A stretch of DNA of 64,000 bases from Syntrophales bacterium (GTDB lineage Bacteria > Desulfobacterota > Syntrophia > Syntrophales > UBA2210), in contig CAXXKT010000003.1 of the NCBI GenBank assembly GCA_963662405.2, forward strand, positions 320,001 through 384,000. Reading direction: 5' to 3'. Within the stretch, counting starts at the first letter, position 1. Every line of letters starts with the position of its first letter. Shown piece after piece: positions 1 to 10,516 of this stretch. Position numbers and translations under genes: made by a program. The notes under the pieces are model-generated. The model saw only the letters and a program-made list of their open reading frames with translations, was not told where the DNA came from and did not search any database.

Positions 1-261
1 GAGAAAGATTCGTTTCCGCCCTGTCATGTCGGCAATCCTTCCCATGGGCAGCAGGAATACGGCCGACGCCAGGATATAGCCGGTGACAACCCAGCTCAGG
101 ACAAGGGCGCTCCCCGCGAATTCCTCCCCGATCAGGGGTAATGCCAGATTTGTCGAACTGCCGATAAAGGTCGTAAAAAACGATGTCATCATAACGGAGA
201 GGACGATGCCCTTCTCCGGCAATACCGGTTTACGGTTGATATCTCTTGTCTGCTTTTTCAT
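1..261 (-). CDS. MFS transporter (EmrB/QacA-like), N-terminal part; runs off the window
   Basis: Not in ORF track. Manual translation: MKKQTRD...SSTNLALPLIGEEF...SWVVTGYILASAVFLLPMGRIADMTGRKRIFL, with MFS motif A (GRIADMTGRKR). Confidence 0.85.
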   Translation of the reverse strand, partial: MKKQTRDINRKPVLPEKGIVLSVMMTSFFTTFIGSSTNLALPLIGEEFAGSALVLSWVVTGYILASAVFLLPMGRIADMTGRKRIFL

Positions 262-471
262 CCGTACCAATTGTCTCCATGGCATCTTTCACAACCGGCG
301 GCGAGTCAGAGATCGTTCTGAATCGGTATCCCGATCCGGTTCCATACCGTTGCATGCCATCGATGCGTTCCGGAACCAGCACCTATATCTCAATGAGAAA
401 AGAGGGTCAAACCCTTATCCTTTTTTGAGAGGATACGGCCCGGTCGGGGGATCCGATGGATTGCGAAGGGG

Positions 472-617
472 AACAAGTATCCAGCGCCGGATCATCATAT
501 TATACAATGTGACGCTGTTTCAGGAAAGGAGCGGGTCCTGGGGGATTTTCACAAAGAATCCGGTACGAGAAATTGGCGCGTTTCTCGGCAGGGAGCAGGA
601 CTTCGCCAAGCCGCTCA
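472..617 (+). repeat. ~145-bp direct repeat, copy 1 (copy 2 at 2365-2507)
   Basis: Near-identical sequence aacaag.atccagcgccggatca...ttcgccaagccgctca at both sites. Confidence 0.95.
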
Positions 618-850
618 CCCCTGAAGGAATACGCGGGGGGACACACCTCCTGAAGGAGGCGACCATATTCGCCTTCGGCCTGTCGGAGTGAGGTCCCCGG
701 CACGGGGTTGCCATCTCTGAACCTGTTACTCCACGGGGAGCAACAGATCCTTTTCGCCAGGGATTCGGTTTCACCCGACAATACCCTTGCTAAAGCTCAG
801 AAGAGATCGGGGCGTTATTTCCTTTCAGTGTGCCCTTGTCCGCAGGCATC

Positions 851-2059
851 TTATTCCGCCTGATTAGAGAATAAAAGATGCAGCCACGGTGCCACCACAG
901 GAGTGGTAGTTCCCTCCTGCGGTGTTTCGTCCCAGCGGGCGATGTTGTTGACGGACACGGCACCGGCCTGGCTGAAACACCCGGAGATCACGATCGATCC
1001 CGAACCGATGAGGGCCATGTCGGTAACGCTGTAGTTTGTTCCGTTATTCGTTTCGTCACCGAGTAGTGACCACTCGGTCCCGTCCCATTTGGCGATATAA
1101 TTGGCATATACACTCCCCGCGGAGAGGAAATATCCCCCGGCGTAGAGGTTCGTCCCATCGAACACCAGGGAGCCCGGTGTCTGATCGATTGTGTACCCGA
1201 CGCCGCTGGCGAGTTTGTTCCAGGTGGAGCTGGTGGTGTCCCACCGGGCGATCCTAATGGCGTTCAGGGGATCGGGCCCGACTGAGCTGAATTTCCCCCC
1301 CACGTACAGGTTCCCTCCGCCGAAAGCCATGGCGTAGCCGTACCCGTTGACTCCTCCACCGACGTCCGACCAGGAAGATCCGTTCCACATGGCGAGACGG
1401 TTCACCGTTACCCCGCCGGCTTCCGTGAAATTACCGCACGCGTAGAGGTTGCCGAAGTTGTCGAAAGCAAGGTCATACACATTACCGTTCATCCCCGTAC
1501 CCAGGGCTGACCAGGAGGTCCCGTCGAATTTGGCTATGTGGTTTACGGTGATTGAATCCTCGTAATTAAGCCGGATAACGGTAAACGTTCCTCCGACATA
1601 GAGGTTCCCTGAGCTGTCCACCGCCATGCATTCAATGTCGCTCCCGAACCGCGGATAATCATCATTTCCCGTACCGACTTTGTGCCAGGCCGATCCGTCC
1701 CAGCGGGCGATACGGCTGAGCTCCACTCCGCCCGCGTCGGAGAAGGGCCCGGTAGCGTAGAGATTGCCCGCGCCGTCGGTAACCAGACCCGTGACGATAC
1801 CGTTGGTCCCAGTGCCCAGGGCTGACCAGGCAAAGCCGTTCCACCGGGCGATGTGATTGGCGGGAACGCCGCCAGCGGTATCAAAGTCCCCCCCGGCATA
1901 AATGACCCCCGATTGACCGACGGCCACCGCCCGGACCCAGTTGTTTGTTCCTGAGCCGAGGGCGGACCATTCACCGGCACCCGACGTGCCGATGGCGAGA
2001 AAGAGGATGAAAAGAGTTACCGTGACAATGACCGTTCGAAAGGATAGAATCTGTTTCAT
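851..2059 (-). CDS. Secreted beta-propeller repeat protein
   Basis: Signal peptide from MKQILSF (ATG 2059); about seven repeats of WSALGxGxN...LYxGGxF..AG...xNxIARWDG; C-terminal TTTPVVAPWLHLLF tail. Confidence 0.8.
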   Translation of the reverse strand: MKQILSFRTVIVTVTLFILFLAIGTSGAGEWSALGSGTNNWVRAVAVGQSGVIYAGGDFDTAGGVPANHIARWNGFAWSALGTGTNGIVTGLVTDGAGNLYATGPFSDAGGVELSRIARWDGSAWHKVGTGNDDYPRFGSDIECMAVDSSGNLYVGGTFTVIRLNYEDSITVNHIAKFDGTSWSALGTGMNGNVYDLAFDNFGNLYACGNFTEAGGVTVNRLAMWNGSSWSDVGGGVNGYGYAMAFGGGNLYVGGKFSSVGPDPLNAIRIARWDTTSSTWNKLASGVGYTIDQTPGSLVFDGTNLYAGGYFLSAGSVYANYIAKWDGTEWSLLGDETNNGTNYSVTDMALIGSGSIVISGCFSQAGAVSVNNIARWDETPQEGTTTPVVAPWLHLLFSNQAE

Positions 2060-2364
2060 AGTGTAGTTCACTCCCAACATTAAATTAGGGACAGCGCCCA
2101 ATTAATTACCATAACCGGTTCTGCTGCAACCAGTGCAACGACTGCATCATGAGTGTGAAAGAGCCTGCGTGTCGCCCCAGCATTTAGGGTGCCAGTTTGT
2201 TAAAAAAGTTGATAGATGTCAAGGAGAATTGCACAGTATGGCACGATCGTGGAGATCTGTTCAAATGTATTGAGGGTCGTGCCCTTTTCACCGCTCCTTT
2301 CATGTGCCAAAGGCACTTCCTCTTGGTCCGTGATAATGTATGTAAAACTCTCATTCATGATGGT

Positions 2365-2507
2365 AACAAGGATCCAGCGCCGGATCACCATATTATACAA
2401 TGTGACGCTGTTTCAGGAAAGGAGCGGGTCCTGGGGGATTTTCACAAAGAATCCGGTACAAGGCGGCGCGTTTCTCGGCAGGGAGCAGGCCTTCGCCAAG
2501 CCGCTCA
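2365..2507 (+). repeat. ~145-bp direct repeat, copy 2
   Basis: Matches 472-617. Confidence 0.95.
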
Positions 2508-2660
2508 TTTCCAAACAGTATGCAGGGGGCGATCCGGATACCCGCCGCCGGGACACGGCCCGCAATGACGAGTATTCGGAACTCCCGGTCTTCTGCGGCC
2601 TGGGGTACTGGCTCTGCTTCCAGGTGTCGATCCTCGGCCTGGGCCCCATCTGGATGAGCC
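2470..2660 (+). pseudogene. Acyl-CoA dehydrogenase fragment
   Basis: Translates DTARNDEYSELPVFCGLGYWLCFQVSILGLGPIWMS; the copy-1 region continues LLKEATIFAFGLSE (~645-690). Both resemble conserved ACAD segments recalled from memory. Confidence 0.55.
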
Positions 2661-2727
2661 TTCATGAAAAGGGGAAGCATATGAGACATGCCGTCCGATC
2701 TTTTCTTCCCCCCCCTCCCGCTATGCC

Positions 2728-3876
2728 GTGGCTGTCGTTGCCGATCAGATTCGAGTCTCATCAGATCCGGGCTCACCCTTGATTCCCTCAGCTGGAATTA
2801 TTATCATAATGAATCGAAGCCAAGCGGATGCGTTGGAAAAAGGTACGTTGAAGGTGAAAACAGAGATGCACGCACATGACCGGATATCCACGCCAGAGAA
2901 ACCGGAAAGGCCGCTCCATCGCGGACTCTTCAGCGTGAGATGGGGGCGAAGCCGGTTTCTCGTTGGGTTGGTCGTTATCATGACCGGGTTTGCCCTCGCT
3001 TTTTGTTTCCTGACGGGATCAGTGCAGGGACAGGAAGCCGCTGGTTTTCCGTCCCTGTTGGATGGGTATGGATCCCCTGCGCAATGTCGAGAAACCATCG
3101 CGCATATGGCGTATCACGACAGGATTCCTTGGGGGAAGGATGATCGATTTTTCTTTACCCGAAATGAAGCGCTCGCCCCGTGCCGGGGAACCGAAACAGG
3201 GGATTACACGTTCCGGTTCGATGATGACCAAGTGGCACACCGGGCGTTGAAAGGAGTCCCGCCGTTTTTTCTTCCCGGTGAATGGGGAGACTGGCGGCGG
3301 TATCCTCGCGCGTGGATGGCACCGGATCTTGCTCTTGATGTGGAAAAGGAGGTAAAAGAGGAAAAAATGCCGGGGCAATGGGGAGCGGACGGGCGGCAGA
3401 TGGATCTGTTCGAACCGGACCCCCGCATGGAGGATCTTGTCAACTCATTGAAGACAGTGCTTCTAAAAGAGGAGGCCATCGGTTTCTTTCAGGAAACACG
3501 TGCCGAGCGGTTTACCGTTACCCCCGAACCTTTGGAAGAATCCGTCCCGCCGCAACCGTATCCCGCTCCTGCGGGCGACTTGTTCGGTGGCCGGGATGAA
3601 AAATATACCTTGTTGCATGATGGGGACGCGCAGAACGGGGGAAACGTCAGGCTGTCCCTCTCTGTTCCTTGGTCACGAGGGAAAACGGGCCGTGCCGGGA
3701 TCCTCCCGGATGCCGTCTACCTGGGGACCGACGTTGATTATTTCAGTATCGCTGAGGGACTGCAGTCAGGCAACGCAGACTACCGGACCCTGCCATCGGA
3801 GCTGAACCGGCTCGGATCGGATTGGCTCGAAACACCGACCGGGTATATCCATTTTGAATGGCGCCTGGGAAAATAG
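2728..3876 (+). CDS. Hypothetical exported/membrane-anchored protein (true start probably downstream, 2809 or 2866)
   Basis: 382-aa ORF with one N-terminal hydrophobic segment. Confidence 0.6.
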   Translation: MAVVADQIRVSSDPGSPLIPSAGIIIIMNRSQADALEKGTLKVKTEMHAHDRISTPEKPERPLHRGLFSVRWGRSRFLVGLVVIMTGFALAFCFLTGSVQGQEAAGFPSLLDGYGSPAQCRETIAHMAYHDRIPWGKDDRFFFTRNEALAPCRGTETGDYTFRFDDDQVAHRALKGVPPFFLPGEWGDWRRYPRAWMAPDLALDVEKEVKEEKMPGQWGADGRQMDLFEPDPRMEDLVNSLKTVLLKEEAIGFFQETRAERFTVTPEPLEESVPPQPYPAPAGDLFGGRDEKYTLLHDGDAQNGGNVRLSLSVPWSRGKTGRAGILPDAVYLGTDVDYFSIAEGLQSGNADYRTLPSELNRLGSDWLETPTGYIHFEWRLGK

Positions 3877-3923
3877 AGGGGGACAAACACAATCACGCCG
3901 TGTGAGGGGTGTGTAGACAGCGC

Positions 3924-3960
3924 AAAAAACAAGGGGTCACCTAAGCTGGTAACCCCCTTG
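3924..3960 (-). terminator. Rho-independent terminator downstream of the tRNA 3' end (possibly bidirectional)
   Basis: caaggggtcacc-taagct-ggtaacccccttg hairpin followed by a T-run on the minus strand. Confidence 0.7.
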
Positions 3961-3967
3961 ATATTTA

Positions 3968-4012
3968 TGGTAGTCCCACGGGGAATCGAACCCCGGTTTC
4001 CGGCGTGAGAGG
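3968..4012 (-). mobile_element. att site: 3' half of tRNA-Glu(CTC); left boundary of an integrated island
   Basis: Reverse complement CCTCTCACGCCGGAAACCGGGGTTCGATTCCCCGTGGGACTACCA contains the anticodon loop, T-arm GTTCGATT and CCA; D-arm and 5' acceptor strand are absent. Confidence 0.88.
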
Positions 4013-4955
4013 GTTTCCATGCCACCCTATTATCATTGATATTATTGAGTATTTCCTTGCAAGAGAGTCACCGAAGGCATCATAATACACCACGTTGTGT
4101 GTCCGCAGGTGTGTCCGTATTGACTACATACATACCCGTGTCAGAGTATCCATGCACGACAGTTCATAATGCAAACAGGACGACCGTGAAAGATTCAGTA
4201 GATCGCACTATCGAGAAATTGAAATCACAGAGTTTCCTGGTTCTATAAGAATATACTTTTCCTCAACGGAACAGACTGAGTTTAACCAAAAGAACCAAGA
4301 ACTGATTTGTCTGAACAATACTCTCGATAATGTACTAAACAATATATCTGATGGTGTTGTGACTGTCGATAGTACTGGTAATTTTGAAACAACTTAACAG
4401 TTCATTTATTTAAGATTCGATTCGTTTCCTAAAATTATACGGCATCCATCGATTTGATATCATACCCCATGGCCCGGTAGCCACGTCGGCGTTTTTCCCA
4501 CATGCGGGAGAGTTGAGGTTGATCAGTTTCGGCGTAATCGTAGATACGTACATCCTGCTTGTCAGCATGCTCGCGGTGCAGGCGTCCCGCGTATTGATGC
4601 AAAGTTCCTTTCCAGGAAATCGGCATGGCCAACACCAGCGTGTCAAGCGGCGGGTGGTCAAAGCCTTCACCGATCAACCGTCCGGTTGCGAGTAATACTC
4701 TTGGCACGGATTCCTCCATTGAATCCAATTCGGCTAAAACCGCTGCTCGTTGTTTCTTCGACAAACGGCCATGCAGCACGAAGCAGTGTTCGACATGATC
4801 TCCCAGTGCCTCCCGCAAAAGTGGTAGGTGGTCCGTCCGTTCGGTGAGCACTAGCAATTTACGTCCTTCCCGATAGGCGGTAAGCACATCCCCGGCGATG
4901 CGCTGGTTGCGGGTCGCATCGTTGGCGATAATGCGGAACACATCCTGAATTAGTG

Positions 4956-5490
4956 TCACTCTCGGGGATGGTTGAAACCCCTCGCCTTTAGGCGAAGAAA
5001 AGTTTATAGATGTCGCTATGCGACGTTATCAAATTGGAGCTCATACCAAGACAGATTTAAAGGTACATCTCATTTGGATACCGAAATACCGGAAGAAGGT
5101 ATTAATCGGTCCAGTAGCAATTCGCGCGCGAGATGTTCTGCGCCAAATTGCTTTTGAGCATGAACTTGACATCATTACGGGGAAAGTAGCGAGCGATCAT
5201 GTACATATGTTCATTTCATATCGTCCCAATCAGGATATCAGCAAGATTGTTCAAAAGTTGAAGGGAGTAAGCTCGCGGATACTGTTATCCGAATTTCCAC
5301 ATCTTAAGAAGCAATTTTGGGGCAGGCATCTTTGGGCGCGCGGATACCTTGCTGTAAGTTCCGGTAATATAACTGACGAGATGATAGAACAATATATTCA
5401 AGAACAAGAAGGGGAGCCGGTAGTTGACGACAGTCGATTTTCAATCGACCCGTCATAACCTCTCGACTTGTAGTCGAGGGTAGTTTAGTG
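4956..5490 (+). mobile_element. IS200/IS605-family element (tnpA only)
   Basis: 535-bp insert with subterminal hairpins tcgcct-tt-aggcga and ctcgact-tgt-agtcgag; TTAGTG at both junctions. Confidence 0.9.
5018..5458 (+). CDS. tnpA: IS200-family HUH (Y1) transposase
   Basis: HLIWIPKYRK, DHVH (HUH), KGVSS, LWARGY, YIQEQ. Confidence 0.95.
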   Translation: MRRYQIGAHTKTDLKVHLIWIPKYRKKVLIGPVAIRARDVLRQIAFEHELDIITGKVASDHVHMFISYRPNQDISKIVQKLKGVSSRILLSEFPHLKKQFWGRHLWARGYLAVSSGNITDEMIEQYIQEQEGEPVVDDSRFSIDPS

Positions 5491-7530
5491 AGTCCGGCGG
5501 GATCTCCGGTGCGGGTAGCACCTTCGGCCAGACTTCCAATTGCGACGGAGCGGATTCCGGTCTAGCGGCGGTGTGGCGGATCGGGCCGCACTGCATGAAG
5601 ATGATCGGCTGATGACCGTCACGGCGTATCGGCGTGGCGGTCAGGCCCACTACAAATTTTGCCTTGGCCTGTTTGAGGATCGCCTCGAAGGAATAGGCTG
5701 ACAGGTGATGACATTCGTCGATAATGATCTGCCCGTACTGGTCAAGGAGTCCGCTCAGGTCCTCCCGACGCGAGAGCGACTGCATAACGGCGATGTCGAT
5801 CATGCCGGATGGTTTCTTCTTGCCCCCGCCGATGACACCCAACTTGCCCTTGGTAATTTCAAGAAATTCCGTCAATCGTTCCTGCCACTGACGCAGCAGA
5901 ACGGTGCGGTGAACCAGCACCAGCGTGCTCACCTTGCGCCGGGCGATCAGAGCGGCGGCGGTAACCGTCTTGCCAAATGCCGTAGGAGCGCAGAGCACGC
6001 CAATCTCATGCTTGAGCATCTCCCGCACAGCTGCCTTCTGATTCTTACGCAAGGTACCGGTGAATTTGGCCGTCACCTTCCGTCCGGCCTGGCGTTCGTC
6101 CTGTAATTCAGGATAGATGCTGTTCTCCTGTAACAGATCCAACACTGCATCGAGGCAGCCTCGCGGCAGGCCGATATGCTGGGGATAGTTCTCGGCGCAG
6201 CCGATGATGCGCGGTTTGTTCCACACCGGCAGACGCATAGCCTGAGCTTTATAGAACTCCGGATTTTGGAAAGCGGCGAGCCGGATCAGACGATTGGCCA
6301 GTGGCTGCGGCAGATCGGCCTTGGTGATGAAAATCTGATTGGCCAGCACCAGAGTCAATGATTCCGGCAGAGGGCCGGTAATTCGTGCGGGCACTGGTGA
6401 GGGACGTTGCCAGGGCTTGCTGTCCTCTTCTTCGGTGGCAAAGGCGACATCCAGGGGATGGCGACCTCCGTTGGCCTGCAGGATGGAGTTTTCCAAATCT
6501 CGTCGGGTCATTGGACGAACGGATGAGAGAAACGCCCACTGATCTGGATAGGGTTGCAGGTGTTCATCGACGAACGCGCTGCACTCCGATTCCCTCGGTT
6601 GTTTCTGCAAGGGCAGTGCAATCAGGTTGCCGAAACCACCCTTGGGCATGCTATCTTGGTTGGGAAACAGACGGTCATAGCTTGCCAGAGACAATTGCCG
6701 GGTGCGGTCGCAGGTGTAACTGATCAGTGCGGCCCCGAGCTGCCGGGCCTCGCGGGCCGGAACCGGCACGGCAAAAAAGATCCAGGCGTGTGCGCCGTTG
6801 CCGGAGCGGGAAATCTCCAATGCTGCCGGTATGCCAAGTTCCCGGCAGGATTGCATGAAAGCCTTGGCATCCTCCCGCCAGTCGGCTTCGTCGTAATCAG
6901 CCGCGAGAAAATAGCAGCTGTCATCGCTCAGAAGTGGATAAATGCCGATAGTCTGTTTCCCGGCCAAGTGGTCGTAGATCACCTGATCGCTCACCGGCAG
7001 CAACTGCCGCTGGTTGCAGTCGCCGCATTTCACCCGGGGTTTGTGACAAATGCCGGGTTTCCACTCATTGCCGCAGGCCGGTGAATAACCCGACGTGCCC
7101 TGGGTAGACTCCCAGCGCTGGGAGTAGACATCCTCGCGCCCCCGGAACAGGCTGCGGAACAGGGCGATCTTGTCGGCTGTGCTGAAATGGATGGTAACTG
7201 GAGTTGGTTCCGCTGGAGCCGAAACGGGTTCAGGGGTGATCGGTTCTTCCCAAGGGATGTCATAACGAATCAGCAATTCCTTGAGACGGGCGTTCTCCTC
7301 GCGCAGTTGCCGCAGTTCATTTTGCTTATTCAATCTTTGGTCACTCTTCGGCAAATCCACACTCCCGTCATCAGATCGTCCATGTTATCGCCAACGTCCC
7401 GACCCCCAAGTCAACCCCCAAGATGTCGCAGCTTTTATTCAAGCTGAACCATGCCTACGATTCCTTTCCAAAATGCGCTAAATACGCTTGGTGACAAGTT
7501 GGCAAAAAAGATGAAATGTAAAATGCCGGT

Positions 7531-7866
7531 TTAGGTGGCATGAACGATATGATCTATCGTTTCAACAATCCATTGATTGAGGCTTTTCCCTTCTGCTGAA
7601 GCTCTCGATGCTATTTCAGCGTGCAGTTCAGGGGAAATGCGCAAATTGAATTTACCCGAATACTCCTTATATGGTTCAATCCCTTTTTCTTTGCAGACAT
7701 CAAGAAATACTTTTAACGACTTTTTAAACTCCCTACGCAGTTCCTCGGGAGTCTTGCCGTAAAAATCAGCGCCTCCGTTAAGTCCGAGTATTTCGCCCCG
7801 AAACATATCAATATCAGAGTCATAATCGATTTTAGCTTTATTTCCTTTATACGTCATTATATTCAT
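7531..7866 (-). CDS. hicB: HicB-family antitoxin
   Basis: MTYKG..., GKTPEELRREF, YSGKFNLRISPELH, GKSLNQW; overlaps hicA stop. Confidence 0.9.
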   Translation of the reverse strand: MNIMTYKGNKAKIDYDSDIDMFRGEILGLNGGADFYGKTPEELRREFKKSLKVFLDVCKEKGIEPYKEYSGKFNLRISPELHAEIASRASAEGKSLNQWIVETIDHIVHAT

Positions 7867-8117
7867 GGTGTAACTCCATGGCTCTCCAACCATTTTCTAA
7901 TGCTTGAAACTGCGCCCTTGTCAGTATCCGGCGTTGGGTGTGGCCTATGAAATATCATAACCTCATCAAACAAAAACACTGCCACCCTGGAACCTTCTCG
8001 CTCGCTGACCTCAGCACCAAGAGCAATAAACATTTTCTCGATGTCGATCCATTTAATACTGCCACTGACAGGTCTGCGAAAAATGAGTTCCAGCGTCTTG
8101 CGATGTTTTTGTTTCAT
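7863..8117 (-). CDS. hicA: HicA-family toxin
   Basis: EREGSRVAV...FHRPHP motif, 84 aa, upstream of hicB. Confidence 0.9.
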   Translation of the reverse strand: MKQKHRKTLELIFRRPVSGSIKWIDIEKMFIALGAEVSEREGSRVAVFLFDEVMIFHRPHPTPDTDKGAVSSIRKWLESHGVTP

Positions 8118-8176
8118 GCTTTCAATAGTACCAAATAATAGTACTCTGTCAAGATTTTTTTAGGAAGAGTATACCA

Positions 8177-8420
8177 TGGATTCAATAATCATCGACCTGT
8201 GCCTGTCTTTGTTTCCTTGGGCCATCTCCCGTAAGAACAAAGGAGCCGTCAAGCTTCATACCCTTCGAATCTGCGGGGCAGTATACCGACCGTTGTCATT
8301 GTCACTCACGGCAAGATCCATAACGTGAATATCCCCGATCAGATCACCACGAACCGGCTCTTTCTATATCGTCGATCATGGCATCACAATTTTACAGATT
8401 TTGAGCGTTCACTTTTTCGA
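8177..8420 (+). pseudogene. IS4-family transposase fragment
   Basis: DSIIIDLCLSLFPWA..RKNKGAVKLHTL, then after a frameshift LRGSIPTVVIVTHGKIHNVNI. Confidence 0.75.
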
Positions 8421-8503
8421 AAAAATGTCTATATGACAAATATTTTCAAAGAACGATCATGCGTTTTTAAAACCCAAACCAAGCAACCAACTGCATTTAT
8501 TAT

Positions 8504-8575
8504 ATTAATGTTGGAACACTACTGATAATGAATATCATCTTAATATTGGCATCCGGATTGCTGGCCTGTAGCGCC
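8504..8575 (+). repeat. 72-bp direct repeat, copy 1 (copy 2 at 37315-37386)
   Basis: 65/72 identity by manual alignment. Confidence 0.92.
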
Positions 8576-9164
8576 GGTGTCCCCCAAAAGCGCCAAATCG
8601 AAAAAATACATATTAATAATATCGAATACTTATGATGTGAAAATTTGTTGAAAAACAAAAAAAAGACATGAGATGTGTCCACACATAAATAGTGAACTAC
8701 CACCGAGCTTGCTCGGTGGTAGTTCACTGAGCTTTTTTGATTTTTCAGAGACATACTTTCTTGTAAATGGCATTTCTTAATGAGCTGCAAGTTTTGTAGT
8801 TATAGACCATTGAGCATAGTTACTCCATACCAACATTTCAGCTTCATATACGAAAACCGTAAAAAATGCCTTGTTAATTATGTGCAAATGTAACAAATTA
8901 ACCAATATGCTAGGGTACGTTTAGTTTCACGAAGTTTCACGAAGAACGAAAACAGAAAATCCCATTATAAAATCAACACCAATGAATTTTCCCCATTGGG
9001 TTATTTGTGATAATAAAGAAGCAAAAACCCAGCGAGTATAAATGCTGGAAAATGGCAACAGCTGATAATGAATACCCTTTGAAATAATGCACACCTTAAA
9101 AAATACCGAACGCTCTCTCTCAGGAAGACTTCAATAGAAATTCTATCTACAGACTTACCAATAG

Positions 9165-9410
9165 GAACTATCCGATTAATATCGCTATGTACTCCCAATC
9201 AGGATAATATTTCCGTATCTCGTTAAAGTTGGTTTCTAGATACTGCCATACTCCCTTAAGGATTTTTCGCCTAAACCTCGTTATCCACACTGTACAGTAA
9301 TGGGCTCTGACTTCCTCAGTCTCATAGAGCTAATATATCAAAGTTCACCCAGGGAATACAGGATATGCCTCTCACCCCCGCTCTTACGAACGAGAAACTC
9401 TCTGAATTAG
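9165..9410 (-). mobile_element. Degenerate IS200 remnant (tnpA 5' part and element end), related to 36590-37137
   Basis: Shared blocks aaggatttttcgcctaaa, atccacact, ctgacttcctcagt, atatcaaagt, tacaggata, ctctcacccccgc. Confidence 0.85.
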
Positions 9411-9435
9411 ACTGTCAACCTCCCTTCAACGCACC

Positions 9436-9585
9436 CCTCAATATGCTGAGGGTTCCACCAAGTGCTGAGGCCAAACGAACCGTTTCATACCCTTCTGCAG
9501 CGCTATCCTGTTAATCTAATCCACTGTTAATAAAGGATGAATCAAAATTTATAATTTTCCTTCGGCTATTGGCAGGCTATTTGCT
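9436..9585 (+). promoter_or_regulatory. Sigma-54 promoter with palindromic upstream activator sites, copy 1
   Basis: TGGCAGGCTATTTGCT at 9570-9585 (GG-N10-GC); CCTCA-N6-TGAGG at 9436-9451. Confidence 0.8.
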
Positions 9586-9681
9586 CTTATTCTATATACT
9601 CTTGGTTATCTCATTCAGGAGCAGCCCGAATGTTCAAGAGAATAGATAAAGTAAACGAACATCCGAACAGAGAAAGAGGGA

Positions 9682-10074
9682 ATGGATATGAATGAAGATG
9701 TTCTGAAGGGGAAATGGCAGGAGATAACGGGGACGGTTAAAGAAAAGTGGGGGAAACTCACCGATAATGCTCTTGGCGAGATCGAAGGGAAAGGTGAGAA
9801 ACTTCTTGGGCTTTTACGGAAAAAATATGGATATATTAAGGACAAAGCCAATCTGGAGTATGAGGATGGTGTGGGATTGGCAGAAATTATAAGTAGGGTA
9901 CACGAAATAAAGACAAGAAAAAAAGATATCATAGCAATTGCATTTATTGCTCGCTACGGTCAGCCCCTTTTAGCTAACAAACAAGAGAATCTGATTCGGC
10001 AGTTGAGCGGAGCCCGAAGGGCATATATATCAGACTCTTGGTTCTCCCCGCAGCGAAGTGAAGGGGGAGAATGA
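9682..10074 (+). CDS. CsbD-family stress protein with C-terminal extension
   Basis: MNEDVLKGKWQEITGTVKEKWGKLTD...LRKKYGY. Confidence 0.8.
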   Translation: MDMNEDVLKGKWQEITGTVKEKWGKLTDNALGEIEGKGEKLLGLLRKKYGYIKDKANLEYEDGVGLAEIISRVHEIKTRKKDIIAIAFIARYGQPLLANKQENLIRQLSGARRAYISDSWFSPQRSEGGE

Positions 10075-10101
10075 CAGTAAAGAAGGAAAATCGCGTGTAC
10101 A

Positions 10102-10227
10102 ATGCCGATGGGCATTTTGATTCTTGTCTTCATCGGTGCGCCACCCACTTGGCCATACACCAGGAGCCGGAGGTAATATTCCAGCGGTGGACTTGGATTG
10201 ATCTTTCTGATTTTGATCACCTTTTGA
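10102..10227 (+). pseudogene. DUF3309-like small membrane protein with internal stop
   Basis: ILILVFIGAPPTWPYTRSRR*YSSGGLGLIFLILI. Confidence 0.65.
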
Positions 10228-10315
10228 TACAAATGAAGATTTTTTATTAGAAGCGTATGTATTTGTCACAAACAACGGGAATCGAATTTCTTCCTAAGCC
10301 GACAATAACGATAAA

Positions 10316-10504
10316 ATGAGAGGAATGAAAATGGATAAAAACGCGGAAGATCAGGAGTGGGGAAAAATACAGGCACATATTGAACAGCTGTTCGGCAGAT
10401 ATTTCAGGAATAGCCTTGATCCTATTGAGGACAAAACCCGAAATGCACTCTCTCTGCTGTCTAAGTCACAAGATAACCGGAGAGATGATCCGGAGATATT
10501 GTGA
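10316..10504 (+). CDS. Small hypothetical protein
   Basis: 62-aa ORF with RBS-like gagg, co-oriented with neighbours. Confidence 0.35.
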   Translation: MRGMKMDKNAEDQEWGKIQAHIEQLFGRYFRNSLDPIEDKTRNALSLLSKSQDNRRDDPEIL

Positions 10505-10516
10505 GTAGGGGGAAAT

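Larger units (their letters stand above)
4435..7360 (-). pseudogene. AEP-type (TOTE-like) primase + SF2 DEAD/DEAH (ResIII-like) helicase fusion, split by IS200
   Basis: N-terminal LFRGREDVY/EISRSGNGAH/DRLFPNQD; helicase motifs APTAFGKT, DECHH, TAT, GEGFD, QYAGRLHR; removing 4956-5490 restores the frame (PPDSL-IQDVF, 796 aa). Confidence 0.85.

Noticed and set aside
83..691. 202-aa plus-strand ORF
   Set aside because: It overlaps the MFS gene on the opposite strand and runs through the repeat; not a coherent protein.
3968..4045. Complete tRNA gene
   Set aside because: The 5' acceptor strand and D-arm are missing; only the 3' half is present.
5459..5490. tnpB/omega-RNA associated with the IS200 elements
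   Set aside because: Both IS copies end right after tnpA, leaving no room for tnpB.
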